NCBI GenBank assembly: GCA_018655525.1
Contig: JABIJM010000030.1
Coordinates: 28,083-92,082 of the forward strand
Length of the DNA stretch: 64,000 bases
Direction of reading: 5' to 3'
Source of the DNA: Candidatus Woesearchaeota archaeon
GTDB taxonomy: Archaea; Nanobdellota; Nanobdellia; Woesearchaeales; GW2011-AR9
The position numbers and the translations under genes are program-made. The notes under the pieces were generated by a model. That model ran no database searches. It was given only the letters and a program-made list of their open reading frames with translations, and had not been told where the DNA came from. Position 1 is the first letter of the stretch. Each line of letters begins with the position of its first letter. This document shows positions 46,774 through 56,636 of the stretch, piece by piece.

Positions 46774-48504
46774 ATGGCCAAAAGATCCGCGGAAGAACTT
46801 GCTAAAAATCAAAGAGAAATTTCCATTGCAGAATTTTTTGAAAAAAATAGACATTTATTAGGATTTGATAATCCACGACGTTCACTTCTAACAACAATCA
46901 AGGAAGCAGTTGATAATGCATTAGATGCATGTGAAGAAGCACGTATTCTTCCAGAGATTCAAGTTGAACTGATTCAATTATCAGAAACAAGGTTTCGTGT
47001 AATCATTGAAGATAATGGTCCAGGAATTATTAAGAAACAAATTCCAAAGATTTTTGCAAAGTTACTTTATGGTTCAAAATTCCATAAACTTTCTGCAACA
47101 CGAGGTCAACAAGGTATTGGGATCTCTGCTGCGGTATTATATGGGCAATTAACAACAGGGAAACCTGCGTCTATTACATCTAAAACAGGAAAAGGTAAAC
47201 TTGCAGAATTTGTAAAACTTAAAATTAATACATCAACAAATAATCCTGTTCTTTCAGATGAAAAAGAAGTTGAATGGGAAGAAAAAGATCACGGAACACG
47301 GATTGAAATTGATATGGAAGCAGCATATCTGAAAGGACGTCAATCAGTTGATGAATATATCAAACAAACCGCAATTGTAAATCCACATTGTACAATCATA
47401 TACACAGATCCAAGTGCAAATCAAATTATTTTTCCGAGAGCAACTGAAGATTTACCTCCAGAAGCTGTAGAAATTAAACCACATCCTTATGGAATTGAAC
47501 TTGGAAGATTAATCAAAATGATTGAAATGACTGCTGCAAAAACATTGCAACAGTTCTTAATGACCGAATTTGTACGTGTCAGTAGCAAAGTTTCAAAAGA
47601 AATATGTGAAAATTCTGCCTTATTACCAAAAACAAAACCTAAAAAGATTACACGAGATTTAGCAGAAAATTTGTATAAGGGAATCAAAAAAACAAAAATC
47701 ATGGCACCACCAACTGATTGTATTTCACCGATTGGTGCAGATTTATTAGAACGAGGATTACGAAAAGAAATTAACGCAGAATTTTATTGTTCCACTACAA
47801 GACCAGCTTCAGTATACAGAGGTAACCCTTTCGTAGTTGAAGCAGCGATGGCATATGGAGGAGAGCAACCTGCAGATAAAACAGTAAGAGTCATGCGTTT
47901 TGCAAATCGTGTTCCTTTATTATATCAACAAGGAGCATGTGGAATTACAAAATCCATTCAAACAACTGCATGGAAGTCCTATGGATTACAACAAAGTAGA
48001 TCCGCTTTACCAGTTGGACCTTGTTCCATTGTATTACACGTAACCTCAGTATGGGTTCCATTCACATCAGAAGAAAAATCAGCATTAGCACATTACGATG
48101 AATTAATGAAAGAAATGCGTCTTGCATTACAAGAATGTGGGCGGAAATTAGCTTCATTCGTAAATAAAAAGAAACGTCTTAAAGATGAAGTAAAAAAACG
48201 AAGTTACATTGAAAAATATATCCCTCACGTTGCTGAAGGATTAAAAGAAATCATGAATTTTGATGAAATCAAAAAAAGGGAAATTGAAGATTACCTCTCA
48301 GAGATTCTTGAGCATACGCGGGGAGAAATTGAAGAGATTAAAGTTGACAATCCAGATTACGATCCAGAATTTGCAGCTATCGGAAAAGAAGTTGTTGAAA
48401 AACCAAAAGAAGAAGAAAAAAACGAAGATAAAGAAGAGAATGAAGAAGAATCAAATGATGATGATAGTGTTCCAAAAGAAGAAAAACAAACAACATTAGG
48501 ATAA
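46774..48504 (+). CDS. top6B: DNA topoisomerase VI subunit B
   Basis: Bergerat fold: [41 protein letters not shown]. Acidic C-terminal tail. Confidence 0.9.
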   Translation: MAKRSAEELAKNQREISIAEFFEKNRHLLGFDNPRRSLLTTIKEAVDNALDACEEARILPEIQVELIQLSETRFRVIIEDNGPGIIKKQIPKIFAKLLYGSKFHKLSATRGQQGIGISAAVLYGQLTTGKPASITSKTGKGKLAEFVKLKINTSTNNPVLSDEKEVEWEEKDHGTRIEIDMEAAYLKGRQSVDEYIKQTAIVNPHCTIIYTDPSANQIIFPRATEDLPPEAVEIKPHPYGIELGRLIKMIEMTAAKTLQQFLMTEFVRVSSKVSKEICENSALLPKTKPKKITRDLAENLYKGIKKTKIMAPPTDCISPIGADLLERGLRKEINAEFYCSTTRPASVYRGNPFVVEAAMAYGGEQPADKTVRVMRFANRVPLLYQQGACGITKSIQTTAWKSYGLQQSRSALPVGPCSIVLHVTSVWVPFTSEEKSALAHYDELMKEMRLALQECGRKLASFVNKKKRLKDEVKKRSYIEKYIPHVAEGLKEIMNFDEIKKREIEDYLSEILEHTRGEIEEIKVDNPDYDPEFAAIGKEVVEKPKEEEKNEDKEENEEESNDDDSVPKEEKQTTLG

Positions 48505-48508
48505 AACC

Positions 48509-49603
48509 ATGGCTAAGAAAGAAAATATTGTAGAAGAAAAGATCAAAGAGATCGCACAAGAAGTGTATGATACAATTCATCTAAAAGAAAAACCAGAATT
48601 AGAATCTCCAATTAGATCCTTAAACAATGTTTCTTACAATGAACAAGAAGGATTCTTTAAAATATTAGGAAAAACAAAAGTAAGAACTCTTACTGCAAAT
48701 ACGATCAAAACATTCGCACAAACTCTTAGAATGATGGCACTTTCTAAAGATCTTGTATCTGATAATGAAATCGCAACAAAAAGGGAAGCATATTATTTAA
48801 GTAAGAACTGGGGAGAAGCACGGTTCAAAGAACAACCAGAATCAGATTCCGTGATGGATGATATTGAAGCAATGATGGGTGTGAATCGTGAACAGATTGG
48901 TTTCATTCCAGGAGAAAAAGGTGGTGCAGTTGCAGGAGAATTAACCGTAATTGATGTTGATTCCGAAAGCAAGGAAAAACTTGAAATTGATTGTACCAAA
49001 TTCGGATCAGGTGCATATGCAATCCCAAGTTCTGTAGAACATTTAAAATTTAAAACAAAAGCAAAATTTGTCTTAGCAATAGAAACAGCTGGTATGTTTG
49101 AACGTTTAAACAAACACAAATATTGGAGAACTGCAAATTGTATCATTATTGCAATGTCAGGAGTTCCAACACGAGCAACAAGACGATTTATGCGAAAATT
49201 AGCAGATGAAAACAAATTACAAGTGTATGTGTTTACAGATGGAGACCCTTATGGATTCTTTTCAATTTACAGAACACTAAAAGTTGGATCTGGAAACGCA
49301 GCACATATTAATCAATATTTCTGTGTGCCAAATGCGAGATTTATAGGAGTAACACCACAAGATATTATTGATTACAAACTACCAACACATCCATTAAAGG
49401 AAGTTGACTTCAAAAAGATTAAAGACGTTCTTAAAAATGATCCATTCTGTAAACATCATAAAGAATGGCAGAAAGCATTGAAACAAATGGCACAGATGAA
49501 GGTAAGGGTAGAGCAGCAAGCATTCTCTGCACATAGTTTGAATTTTGTAATAGATGAATATTTGCCAAATAAATTAAAGAATTCTAAAACGTGGTTGCCT
49601 TAA
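48509..49603 (+). CDS. top6A: DNA topoisomerase VI subunit A (Spo11-like)
   Basis: CAP/winged-helix with the catalytic Tyr region (REAYYLS) and Toprim (VLAIETAGMFERL, VFTDGDPYG). Starts 5 nt after top6B. Confidence 0.9.
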   Translation: MAKKENIVEEKIKEIAQEVYDTIHLKEKPELESPIRSLNNVSYNEQEGFFKILGKTKVRTLTANTIKTFAQTLRMMALSKDLVSDNEIATKREAYYLSKNWGEARFKEQPESDSVMDDIEAMMGVNREQIGFIPGEKGGAVAGELTVIDVDSESKEKLEIDCTKFGSGAYAIPSSVEHLKFKTKAKFVLAIETAGMFERLNKHKYWRTANCIIIAMSGVPTRATRRFMRKLADENKLQVYVFTDGDPYGFFSIYRTLKVGSGNAAHINQYFCVPNARFIGVTPQDIIDYKLPTHPLKEVDFKKIKDVLKNDPFCKHHKEWQKALKQMAQMKVRVEQQAFSAHSLNFVIDEYLPNKLKNSKTWLP

Positions 49604-49605
49604 GT

Positions 49606-50322
49606 TTATTCTAATTTTAAATCTGGGAAATCGGGAAACTGTAAATTTTCCAATCCAATTATATCTTGGTCAATTGTTGTAGATCCTTGTTGATATTTTC
49701 TTTGATGATCCTCTAAAACATAGATTACTAACTTAGGTATTTCCGAAATAATCTGGGGAACTTTAAGAACATGCTCTTCACACGAATGAGATCCTTTTAA
49801 TTGACTTTCAAATCCTTGTAAAGAAATTTGACTTAATCCAGTTCTAAATTTATCTTTGCTTAATTTTTCACGTATAGGAGTATATACATATCCATTATAT
49901 TCATAATCACAAGAAAGAGATGTGATTATAGCTTTATGATTAAAATTACAATCAATTTCTAATTGCTTATAATACGTGTCAAAAAGTTTTTTAGAGAAAG
50001 TTAATTTTAAAGAATAACTTTTTTTTGAAAACCAACCCTCGTGAGAGTTACACTCTATCCTTGTTAAAAAATTATCCGAATAACTTTTACTTCCTGAAAA
50101 TTTTGAACTAAGATCTTTCAAAAAATCAACAGCCCTTATAACTTGAACAAGATAAATTTCTAACACACCAATTGCGCGATCATAAGTTTCCATAAACGTA
50201 CTATGGGCAGCATGAATTCTAGGTTGACAATCAGGAGAATCTTCATCTATTGATTGAATTAAACCTTCTGTTCTTTGAATTAATTCATCTAAATCTTGGT
50301 CAGCCATATTATTACGCAACAC
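49606..50322 (-). CDS. Hypothetical protein
   Basis: 238-aa ORF. No family recognised. Confidence 0.35.
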   Translation of the reverse strand: MLRNNMADQDLDELIQRTEGLIQSIDEDSPDCQPRIHAAHSTFMETYDRAIGVLEIYLVQVIRAVDFLKDLSSKFSGSKSYSDNFLTRIECNSHEGWFSKKSYSLKLTFSKKLFDTYYKQLEIDCNFNHKAIITSLSCDYEYNGYVYTPIREKLSKDKFRTGLSQISLQGFESQLKGSHSCEEHVLKVPQIISEIPKLVIYVLEDHQRKYQQGSTTIDQDIIGLENLQFPDFPDLKLE

Positions 50323-50665
50323 ATGCGCATCTTTTCAAACCTTTGTTTAAAGCCGTGTTCTTTGAAGCGAATCGTACTTTGTTTTTAGGTTTAATGTTTT
50401 TTGCAAATGCACATTTTGTACTGTGAAATTTGCTTCCTGTTTTAGATGCAAGAAATGATGCTTTTGTCTTTCTAGTTATAATTTTCTTAGAAATTTTTGT
50501 AACACGTTTTGTGTTTAAACTAGCTACTTTCGCAACAAGATCTAAGTTTGATCTACGTAAATATGCTACATCTGATCGTAATCCTGTGATGATTTCGTAT
50601 AATCTACTAATATCTACTTTTACTAAATTAAATGAGTTAATTGTGTTTTTTTCTAATTGGTTCAT
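50312..50665 (-). CDS. Small coiled-coil protein with a C-terminal Ada-like Zn-binding domain
   Basis: KFHSTKCAFAKNIKPKNKVRFASKNTALNKGLKRCACVA parallels the C-terminus of 34787..35347. Confidence 0.4.
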   Translation of the reverse strand: MNQLEKNTINSFNLVKVDISRLYEIITGLRSDVAYLRRSNLDLVAKVASLNTKRVTKISKKIITRKTKASFLASKTGSKFHSTKCAFAKNIKPKNKVRFASKNTALNKGLKRCACVA

Positions 50666-50700
50666 GGTAATTTCCTCCTAATACCTATTTAGAAACCTCT

Positions 50701-50710
50701 TTTATAAAGG
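50701..50710 (+). promoter_or_regulatory. TATA box (TTTATAAAGG) for the cyclophilin lipoprotein gene
   Basis: 21/23 identity with the 45393 promoter core (TTTATAAAGGTTTTGYCTYTTTT). Flanking CCTATTT and TAGTA blocks are also shared. Confidence 0.5.
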
Positions 50711-50768
50711 TTTTGCCTCTTTTTAGTAGTATCATAAAATACTTAAAACATACAATAAAAATCAACCC

Positions 50769-51335
50769 ATGAAAACAACAATCTTAATATTGGGATTATT
50801 AACAGTACTCTTCATCGCAGGATGTGGTGGAGAAGAACCACAAGAGGAAACAACAATGAAAACAGCAACATTTGATACAACATTAGGAACATTTAAACTT
50901 GAATTATTCACAGATTCAATGCCAATTACAACAAAGAACTTCATAGATCTCGCAGAGAAAGGATTTTATGATGGTACAAGATTTCATCGTGTAATCTCAG
51001 GATTCATGGTACAAGGTGGAGACCCATTAAGTAAAGAGAAATCAAAAGTTTCAATGTGGGGGACAGGAGATCCAGGTTACAAGATTCAAGATGAATTCAC
51101 AAATGCTAATAAAAACGACCGCGGTACAATCTCCATGGCAAACGCAGGACCAAACACAGGAGGATCACAATTTTTCATCAATGTTGTAAACAACAACTTC
51201 TTAGATGACAAACATCCAGTATTTGGAAAAGTTGTAGAAGGTATGGACATTGTAGATTTAATTGTAAACACACCAACAGCAAGTCAAGATAGACCAAAGG
51301 AAGACGTTGTTGTGAATAAAGTTACGATTGAGTAA
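50769..51335 (+). CDS. ppi: Cyclophilin-type peptidyl-prolyl cis-trans isomerase with a lipoprotein signal peptide
   Basis: Signal MKTTILILGLLTVLFIAGC (lipobox IAGC). FHRVISGFMVQGGDP, MANAGPNTGGSQFFI cyclophilin signatures. Confidence 0.8.
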   Translation: MKTTILILGLLTVLFIAGCGGEEPQEETTMKTATFDTTLGTFKLELFTDSMPITTKNFIDLAEKGFYDGTRFHRVISGFMVQGGDPLSKEKSKVSMWGTGDPGYKIQDEFTNANKNDRGTISMANAGPNTGGSQFFINVVNNNFLDDKHPVFGKVVEGMDIVDLIVNTPTASQDRPKEDVVVNKVTIE

Positions 51336-51394
51336 TTTTTTTATTTTTTCTTATTTAGAGTAAGGTTTATATACTTTTTAATATTATTTATTTT

Positions 51395-51961
51395 ATGAAA
51401 AAATATTCCAAATTATCTTGGAGAAAAAATTTTGATCAGGGTTCTAATTTTAAAGTTGAAAGGGAATATTTTGAAATTCTAATTAATGGTAAGTCTATTA
51501 ATCAGATTTTAGGATCCTGGGGAAATCTTTGTGGCATATTCGGAAGATTTGGGTTTGAACACGATAAACAAATAATTAATCAACATTTCTTAAAGGGTAA
51601 ACCAGAGTTAGATAGTGGAAGAATCATTATTTCAAGTTGTAATCATTGTGGAGATATAGGTTGTGGTGCCCTTACATTTAAATTAATAATTGGAAAAGAT
51701 ATTATTTGGAAGGATTTTCGTTATGAAGTTGACCATGATGATGATACCGTCAATCAACAGTATGATAAAAAAAAAAGGTTCAAATTTGAAGAAAAAGAAT
51801 ACAAAAAATATTTTAAAGATTTAATCATTGAATTAAAAGTTTATTACGCTTCTAAAGATAAAGATTCACAAAACAATAAAAATAAGAAAGGGAACAAATA
51901 TCTCCAAAATATTAAAAATAAACTTTTTAGTTTAAAAAATAAAAATCTTCCTAAAAAATAA
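51395..51961 (+). CDS. Hypothetical Lys-rich protein with a CxxC..C cluster
   Basis: 188-aa ORF with SSCNHCGDIGCG. No family recognised. Confidence 0.3.
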   Translation: MKKYSKLSWRKNFDQGSNFKVEREYFEILINGKSINQILGSWGNLCGIFGRFGFEHDKQIINQHFLKGKPELDSGRIIISSCNHCGDIGCGALTFKLIIGKDIIWKDFRYEVDHDDDTVNQQYDKKKRFKFEEKEYKKYFKDLIIELKVYYASKDKDSQNNKNKKGNKYLQNIKNKLFSLKNKNLPKK

Positions 51962-51962
51962 A

Positions 51963-52571
51963 TCAACATTTCTTCCCAATAATCATTTCCTTATAAGAAC
52001 TCAATTCTGAAGGAACATCTATTCTTTCTAAGTCCAACTTCTGAAATCCAGAATCGCTAATCAACACGCCACCTTGATTCAAAGAATCAAATACCTTATT
52101 TTCATAATTAGGATCAGAATCTTTCATAATTCTGAAAGCACGTTCAAAGTAAATATCATGTTTTGGTAAATCAATCTGGAATACATTTGCAACATCAAAT
52201 TTCACATGAATCAAGATTCCATTCCAATAAAAAGAATTATGTGAATCTATTGAAATACCTAAATCATGCAATATTGAGTTCATTAAAAGAAGACAATTAT
52301 GAATGTCCATAAAATGGAACGTAATTTCTTTAATTTCTGGAAACAGATGTTCCACAAAAAGACAAGGAAAAATAATATCTGCCCCTGATCCTGGATAAAA
52401 TAATATTGAATTATCCGAAACCCGTAACTTCTGAATCTTTTCCAACAATTGAATATTATCAAAATCATCATCAAACATATGGTTTTTGAGAGAATTTTGA
52501 CTTATCTGATGATCTTTATCAAGTTCTTTGAATACTACTTCTTTAGGGATATCTGTGATCAAATTAGCCAT
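51963..52571 (-). CDS. Hypothetical protein
   Basis: 202-aa ORF. No family recognised. Confidence 0.3.
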   Translation of the reverse strand: MANLITDIPKEVVFKELDKDHQISQNSLKNHMFDDDFDNIQLLEKIQKLRVSDNSILFYPGSGADIIFPCLFVEHLFPEIKEITFHFMDIHNCLLLMNSILHDLGISIDSHNSFYWNGILIHVKFDVANVFQIDLPKHDIYFERAFRIMKDSDPNYENKVFDSLNQGGVLISDSGFQKLDLERIDVPSELSSYKEMIIGKKC

Positions 52572-52627
52572 AAACAGGAGTTACATACGAAATATTTAAA
52601 AGTTGTCTGTTGATATAAGGTAATTGT

Positions 52628-52727
52628 GGGCCTGTAGCCTAGCCTGGATAGGGCGCCAGCCTTCTATATGAGAAAGCAATTCTCTGAAGGCAGCTGGATA
52701 CCGTGGGTTCGAATCCCTCCTGGCCCG
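52628..52727 (+). tRNA. tRNA-Arg (anticodon UCU) with a 25-nt intron (52667..52691) after position 37
   Basis: Acceptor GGGCCTG/CTGGCCC (one U-U), D-arm GCCT-AGCCTGGATA-GGGC, anticodon stem CCAGC/GCTGG around loop CUUCUA+A, T-arm GTGGG-TTCGAAT-CCCTC (one U-U), discriminator G. Confidence 0.55.
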
Positions 52728-52945
52728 CTCTTTCTTTTTATTTCTTGTTGAATTTAATATATTCCCAATTTATAGCAATTATTAAAGCAAAACAATATTA
52801 AAAATTCCAGATTAATTTTGATTTTGTCTAGTGCCAGAGGATTTAATCTTTAATAATTTGGGCATTTCAGCATGTTTTAACAACAAAATTCCACACTGGA
52901 CAACTACGCGTATAACTTATAAATACATTTTTCCATTTAATTCTA

Positions 52946-53662
52946 ATGAAAATGGATAAAATAAATTTATATGAGTTTATTGGAATTATGATTGGTGATG
53001 GATGTTTATTAGATTATCCTAAACATAACATTTATGGTATAGAAATAACGGGAAACGCAACTGAAGAAGTAGATTTTTATAAAAAAATAGAAGAGTTCAT
53101 TAAATCAAATTTTGATGTGAATGTAAGAGTTCATGTTCGTAAAGATAAAACGGGACAATCCTTAAAATTAATTTGTTACAGCAAAATACTAGCAAATTTT
53201 CTAAAGAAACAAGGTATAAAAAGAAATAAAACCTATTCAACACAAATTCCAAGTCATTTATTAGAATGGAAATACAGTAAATATGTGATTAAAGGAATCT
53301 TTGAAACTGATGGCTGCATTTATTTCTCTAAATCTAAAAAGATAGCTTATCCAACCTATCCGCGTCTTGAAATTTGTACAGCTAGTTTACAGTTAGCTAC
53401 TCAAATCATTAAAATTTTAAACACAAATGGATTTACCGCAAGATCATATATTAACAAAAACACGATAACTATTTATATGAGCGGTGAAAATATGCTTAAT
53501 AAGTGGTCTACAGAGATAGGCTGGAGCGGTCTAAAAAATCAAACAAAATATGACCTTTGGAAATCTTTAGGATACTACATCCCAAAAATTTCACTTCCAG
53601 AAAGATTAAAATTATTAGGCGTCGGTGGCAAAGTGGCTAATATTGACCTCATAAGTCGATAG
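52946..53662 (+). CDS. LAGLIDADG homing endonuclease (double-motif)
   Basis: FIGIMIGDGCL and IKGIFETDGCIY motifs. Paralog of 21160..21864. Its last about 14 codons overlap the 5' exon of the downstream tRNA-Cys candidate. Confidence 0.7.
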   Translation: MKMDKINLYEFIGIMIGDGCLLDYPKHNIYGIEITGNATEEVDFYKKIEEFIKSNFDVNVRVHVRKDKTGQSLKLICYSKILANFLKKQGIKRNKTYSTQIPSHLLEWKYSKYVIKGIFETDGCIYFSKSKKIAYPTYPRLEICTASLQLATQIIKILNTNGFTARSYINKNTITIYMSGENMLNKWSTEIGWSGLKNQTKYDLWKSLGYYIPKISLPERLKLLGVGGKVANIDLISR

Positions 53663-53715
53663 CAAGCAGTCCCCTGCAGAGGGACGGATCGGGGGTTCGA
53701 GTCCCTCCCGGCGCT
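53619..53715 (+). tRNA. tRNA-Cys (anticodon GCA) candidate with a 21-nt non-canonical insertion (53648..53668) between D-arm and anticodon stem
   Basis: The 3' part is unambiguous: anticodon arm GTCCC-CUGCAGA-GGGAC, variable GGATC, T-arm GGGGG-TTCGAGT-CCCTC, acceptor 3' CCGGCGC, discriminator U. The candidate 5' part GCGTCGG-TG-GCAA-AGTGGCTAATA-TTGA has a perfect acceptor match and D-loop invariants, but a weak D-stem. Confidence 0.45.
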
Positions 53716-53745
53716 TCATTTTTAATCTTTAATTTAGAATACCAT

Positions 53746-53982
53746 TCAAAGTTGATTCCCTTCTACAAACCCAGTTCCAAAACCCTTCAACTTCTGACAT
53801 AATGCAACTGCATCCCTAACATCTTCATAGAAATCATATAACTTTATCAATTCTCCATCAGCTTTCCGAATTTTCGTATGTTTCAAGCAACTACAACACC
53901 TCAGAACTGCTGTCATCATATCATTTATTTGAATCGTTTGCAACGTGTTACACTTCGGACAATTAGCTACAGTAAATATCAT
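53746..53982 (-). CDS. Small Cys-rich (zinc-ribbon-like) protein
   Basis: NCPKCNT...RCCSCLKH. 78 aa. Confidence 0.35.
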   Translation of the reverse strand: MIFTVANCPKCNTLQTIQINDMMTAVLRCCSCLKHTKIRKADGELIKLYDFYEDVRDAVALCQKLKGFGTGFVEGNQL

Positions 53983-54668
53983 TATTTTAATGTAATCCTC
54001 TTTTCAAATTGCAAATTATGTGATAAAAAAATAATCCTAAAATTCCCTTTCTGTGCAAATTCTATAGGATGTAACGCACGAGATGCGGGGATGAATTTTT
54101 TAAGAATGTCCTTTTCAGATTTTTTAAATTTTCCAATTGTATTTAGCTTCGTTTTATGTCCAGCTTTCTTAAATGAATAATTTACTAATTCCGTACAAAA
54201 GAATTTATTAGCTTTCCCAGAAAAATCAAAGTCATACGGTTTTCCTACTTGTTCCAATGCATGTTTAATTGTAAGTGAGATAATTTTCTTTCTATTTTTG
54301 ATTCCCTTCGGTAAACGCATAATAATCATTGTATCATATTCTGTAAAAAAATGATGTAATGAATTTACACCAACACCATCACCTACTGCTTCAACAAACT
54401 TCTTTCTTCCGATATACAAACTTGCATGCGTAACTGGACCTTTAATGAATAATGAAGATACTTCACGTAAGTTTCCCCACAATACCACGTCTCCCTTTCG
54501 TAACTTTAATCTAGCTTTTAATAAATCAACATGATTCAACTGATTCTTTCGCTTATGGATAACAAGTCCGGTGATGAAATAAATGAAATTTGCAGAGATT
54601 TTTTTGTAAAAAGGATAGTCTTTAGGAAAATTCGTAATTAAATGATATTTTTTAATAATTTCAAACAT
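53982..54668 (-). CDS. YiiX/DUF830-like permuted papain-fold (NlpC/P60-like) hydrolase
   Basis: GDVVLWGN...VTHASLYIGRKK (Cys/His-containing N-motif region) and later YDFDFSGKANKFFCTELV (catalytic Cys context). Confidence 0.45.
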   Translation of the reverse strand: MFEIIKKYHLITNFPKDYPFYKKISANFIYFITGLVIHKRKNQLNHVDLLKARLKLRKGDVVLWGNLREVSSLFIKGPVTHASLYIGRKKFVEAVGDGVGVNSLHHFFTEYDTMIIMRLPKGIKNRKKIISLTIKHALEQVGKPYDFDFSGKANKFFCTELVNYSFKKAGHKTKLNTIGKFKKSEKDILKKFIPASRALHPIEFAQKGNFRIIFLSHNLQFEKRITLK

Positions 54669-54740
54669 AGAAAGAGAATTCTTTGTAATGATATAAAGAT
54701 TACGGCAACATTCTTAAAGAACAAGCCTATTTCTACCTGT

Positions 54741-55811
54741 ATGAAGAAAGGAATCTCATCTCTGGAACTTACGGCACTTGTGAATGAACTTCAATTCCTT
54801 GCGAAAGGAAAGATCAGCCAGATTTATCACAAAGATCAGGAAGTAATCCTTCAACTACATGCAACGGGAGAAGGAAAACAACTTCTCAAAATCATCCCAG
54901 GAAAATATTTAAGTTTAACACATGAAAAAGAATCCGCATTACGTCCATCTGGATTCTGTATGCAGCTTCGGAAATATCTAAGTAATGCATTCATTAAAAG
55001 TATCACACAAAGGGGTGCAGAACGGATTGTAGTTTTTGAGTTTGAGAAAAAAGAAACATTCTATTTAATTGTAGAATTATTCAGTAAAGGAAATGTTGTC
55101 TTGACTGATAAAGATTACAACATTATTTCAGTGTTTGTCTGGCAGAAATGGAAAGATAGAACCGTTAAACCTAAAGAAATTTACAAATTTCCCGAACCTG
55201 GACAAAATTGGAAAAAGATTTCTGAACAAAAATTAATTATCATTCTAAAAAACAGTGAAAAACGTAATCTCGCAACCTGTTTAGCTACAGAACTAAATTT
55301 AGGAGGGGTATATGCAGAAGAAGTTCTCAAAAGGATTGATGTTGATAAAAACGTATTACCAAAAGAAGGTAATGCTAAAAAAATCATTGCAGAAATCAAA
55401 AAGATGATTAAAGAGATTAAAGAACCAAAAGGTTACATCTATGATGAAGACATGACTCCAATTCCATTACAGGATCAAAAAGAAAACTCAATCACAAAAA
55501 CTTATAATGAAGCTATTAGCACAATCGATCCATTCCATGTGAAATCTCCCTATGAAAAAAAGATTGCAGCCTTAAAAAATACAATAGCACATCAAGAAGA
55601 AGCAATCGCCATGCAAGAACAAAATATTGATGAAAACACACAAAAGGGAGAATTAATTTATGAAAAATATCAACCTCTTCAGAAATTATTAGATATTGTT
55701 AAAGAAATGAAGAAAACCAAAGAATGGAATGAAATTGAAACAGCCTTGAAAAAAGAAAAGAAAATTCAATCTGTTGATTTGAAGAACAAAAAAGTTGCCA
55801 TTGAATTATAA
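54741..55811 (+). CDS. NFACT-N domain protein (Rqc2/Tae2/FbpA-like, N-terminal half). The track ORF begins at 54642
   Basis: MKKGISSLELTALVNELQFLAKGKISQIYHKDQEVILQL matches the NFACT-N start. Coiled-coil region follows. Confidence 0.5.
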   Translation: MKKGISSLELTALVNELQFLAKGKISQIYHKDQEVILQLHATGEGKQLLKIIPGKYLSLTHEKESALRPSGFCMQLRKYLSNAFIKSITQRGAERIVVFEFEKKETFYLIVELFSKGNVVLTDKDYNIISVFVWQKWKDRTVKPKEIYKFPEPGQNWKKISEQKLIIILKNSEKRNLATCLATELNLGGVYAEEVLKRIDVDKNVLPKEGNAKKIIAEIKKMIKEIKEPKGYIYDEDMTPIPLQDQKENSITKTYNEAISTIDPFHVKSPYEKKIAALKNTIAHQEEAIAMQEQNIDENTQKGELIYEKYQPLQKLLDIVKEMKKTKEWNEIETALKKEKKIQSVDLKNKKVAIEL

Positions 55812-55814
55812 AAA

Positions 55815-56615
55815 ATGTCACTTGAAAAATTAGCTAATTCTCTTATTGAAATTGGAATAGATGAAGACACAGTTAATGAAGCAATTGAGTTAACAAAAGA
55901 AAGATGGAGTCACAAAAGCCATATTGTCACTGATAAAATTGATTTATGGATTCCTTTTTTTAAAGAATTATTCCTCAATTACCCTAAAATACATCCTAAA
56001 GCATTATATGGGATGATTGATGGAAGTTTTTCTGTTGATAGCGCTATCGTTAAAGAAGATAAATTACATGAAGACCATAATGGTTATTACAAAATGGTTT
56101 TAGGTTCAGGAGAAGTTATAAAATTTAATCAAGAAACATTGAATGACTTCAACAATCTTTTAGTATTACAACAAAAATATGAAGCAGAAATTCCAGCGGA
56201 TGTTGAAATTATTTTTAATAATGGACTTGAATACTTACTTGGAAGAATTAAAATTCCAAATCTAATGAAAGTTGAATCCGAAGATGAATCTGATCCTTTT
56301 TCTGAATTTTATCACTTAGTTCTTGGAAATCAAAATACTGCTCTAATCAATAAAGAGATGTGTTTTTATGACTTTAATATTTCAAAAATAAACCAAATAG
56401 GAGTTCATACACATCCAGAAAGTAAGAATAATTTCAATGATAATAGGTACCCTTCTTTTGAAATTTGTGATTTAAAAGATCTACCTTACCAAAACGAAGA
56501 AGGTACAAAATATCCTTTTGCATTAATCGTAACTTCTTTAAAAGGAAAAAAATATATTACTGCTTATAGTATTGACCAAAAAGAAGATTATTATATTGCT
56601 ATATTTGAATTATAG
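55815..56615 (+). CDS. Hypothetical protein downstream of the NFACT-N gene (4-nt gap)
   Basis: 266-aa ORF. No family recognised. Confidence 0.3.
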   Translation: MSLEKLANSLIEIGIDEDTVNEAIELTKERWSHKSHIVTDKIDLWIPFFKELFLNYPKIHPKALYGMIDGSFSVDSAIVKEDKLHEDHNGYYKMVLGSGEVIKFNQETLNDFNNLLVLQQKYEAEIPADVEIIFNNGLEYLLGRIKIPNLMKVESEDESDPFSEFYHLVLGNQNTALINKEMCFYDFNISKINQIGVHTHPESKNNFNDNRYPSFEICDLKDLPYQNEEGTKYPFALIVTSLKGKKYITAYSIDQKEDYYIAIFEL

Positions 56616-56636
56616 AAAAAATAAAAAAATAAAAAA

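Noticed and set aside
52628-53715. Single split tRNA whose intron carries the LAGLIDADG gene (5' half at 52628, 3' half at 53669)
   Set aside because: The acceptor strands are incompatible (GGGCCTG vs CCGGCGC). The first tRNA has its own complete 3' half at 52692..52727. Two separate tRNAs fit better.
54741-56615. Split NFACT gene (N-terminal half plus downstream ORF as the C-terminal half)
   Set aside because: The downstream ORF shows no NFACT-R or Zn-ribbon features that I can recognise, so a fission cannot be asserted. Left as separate genes.
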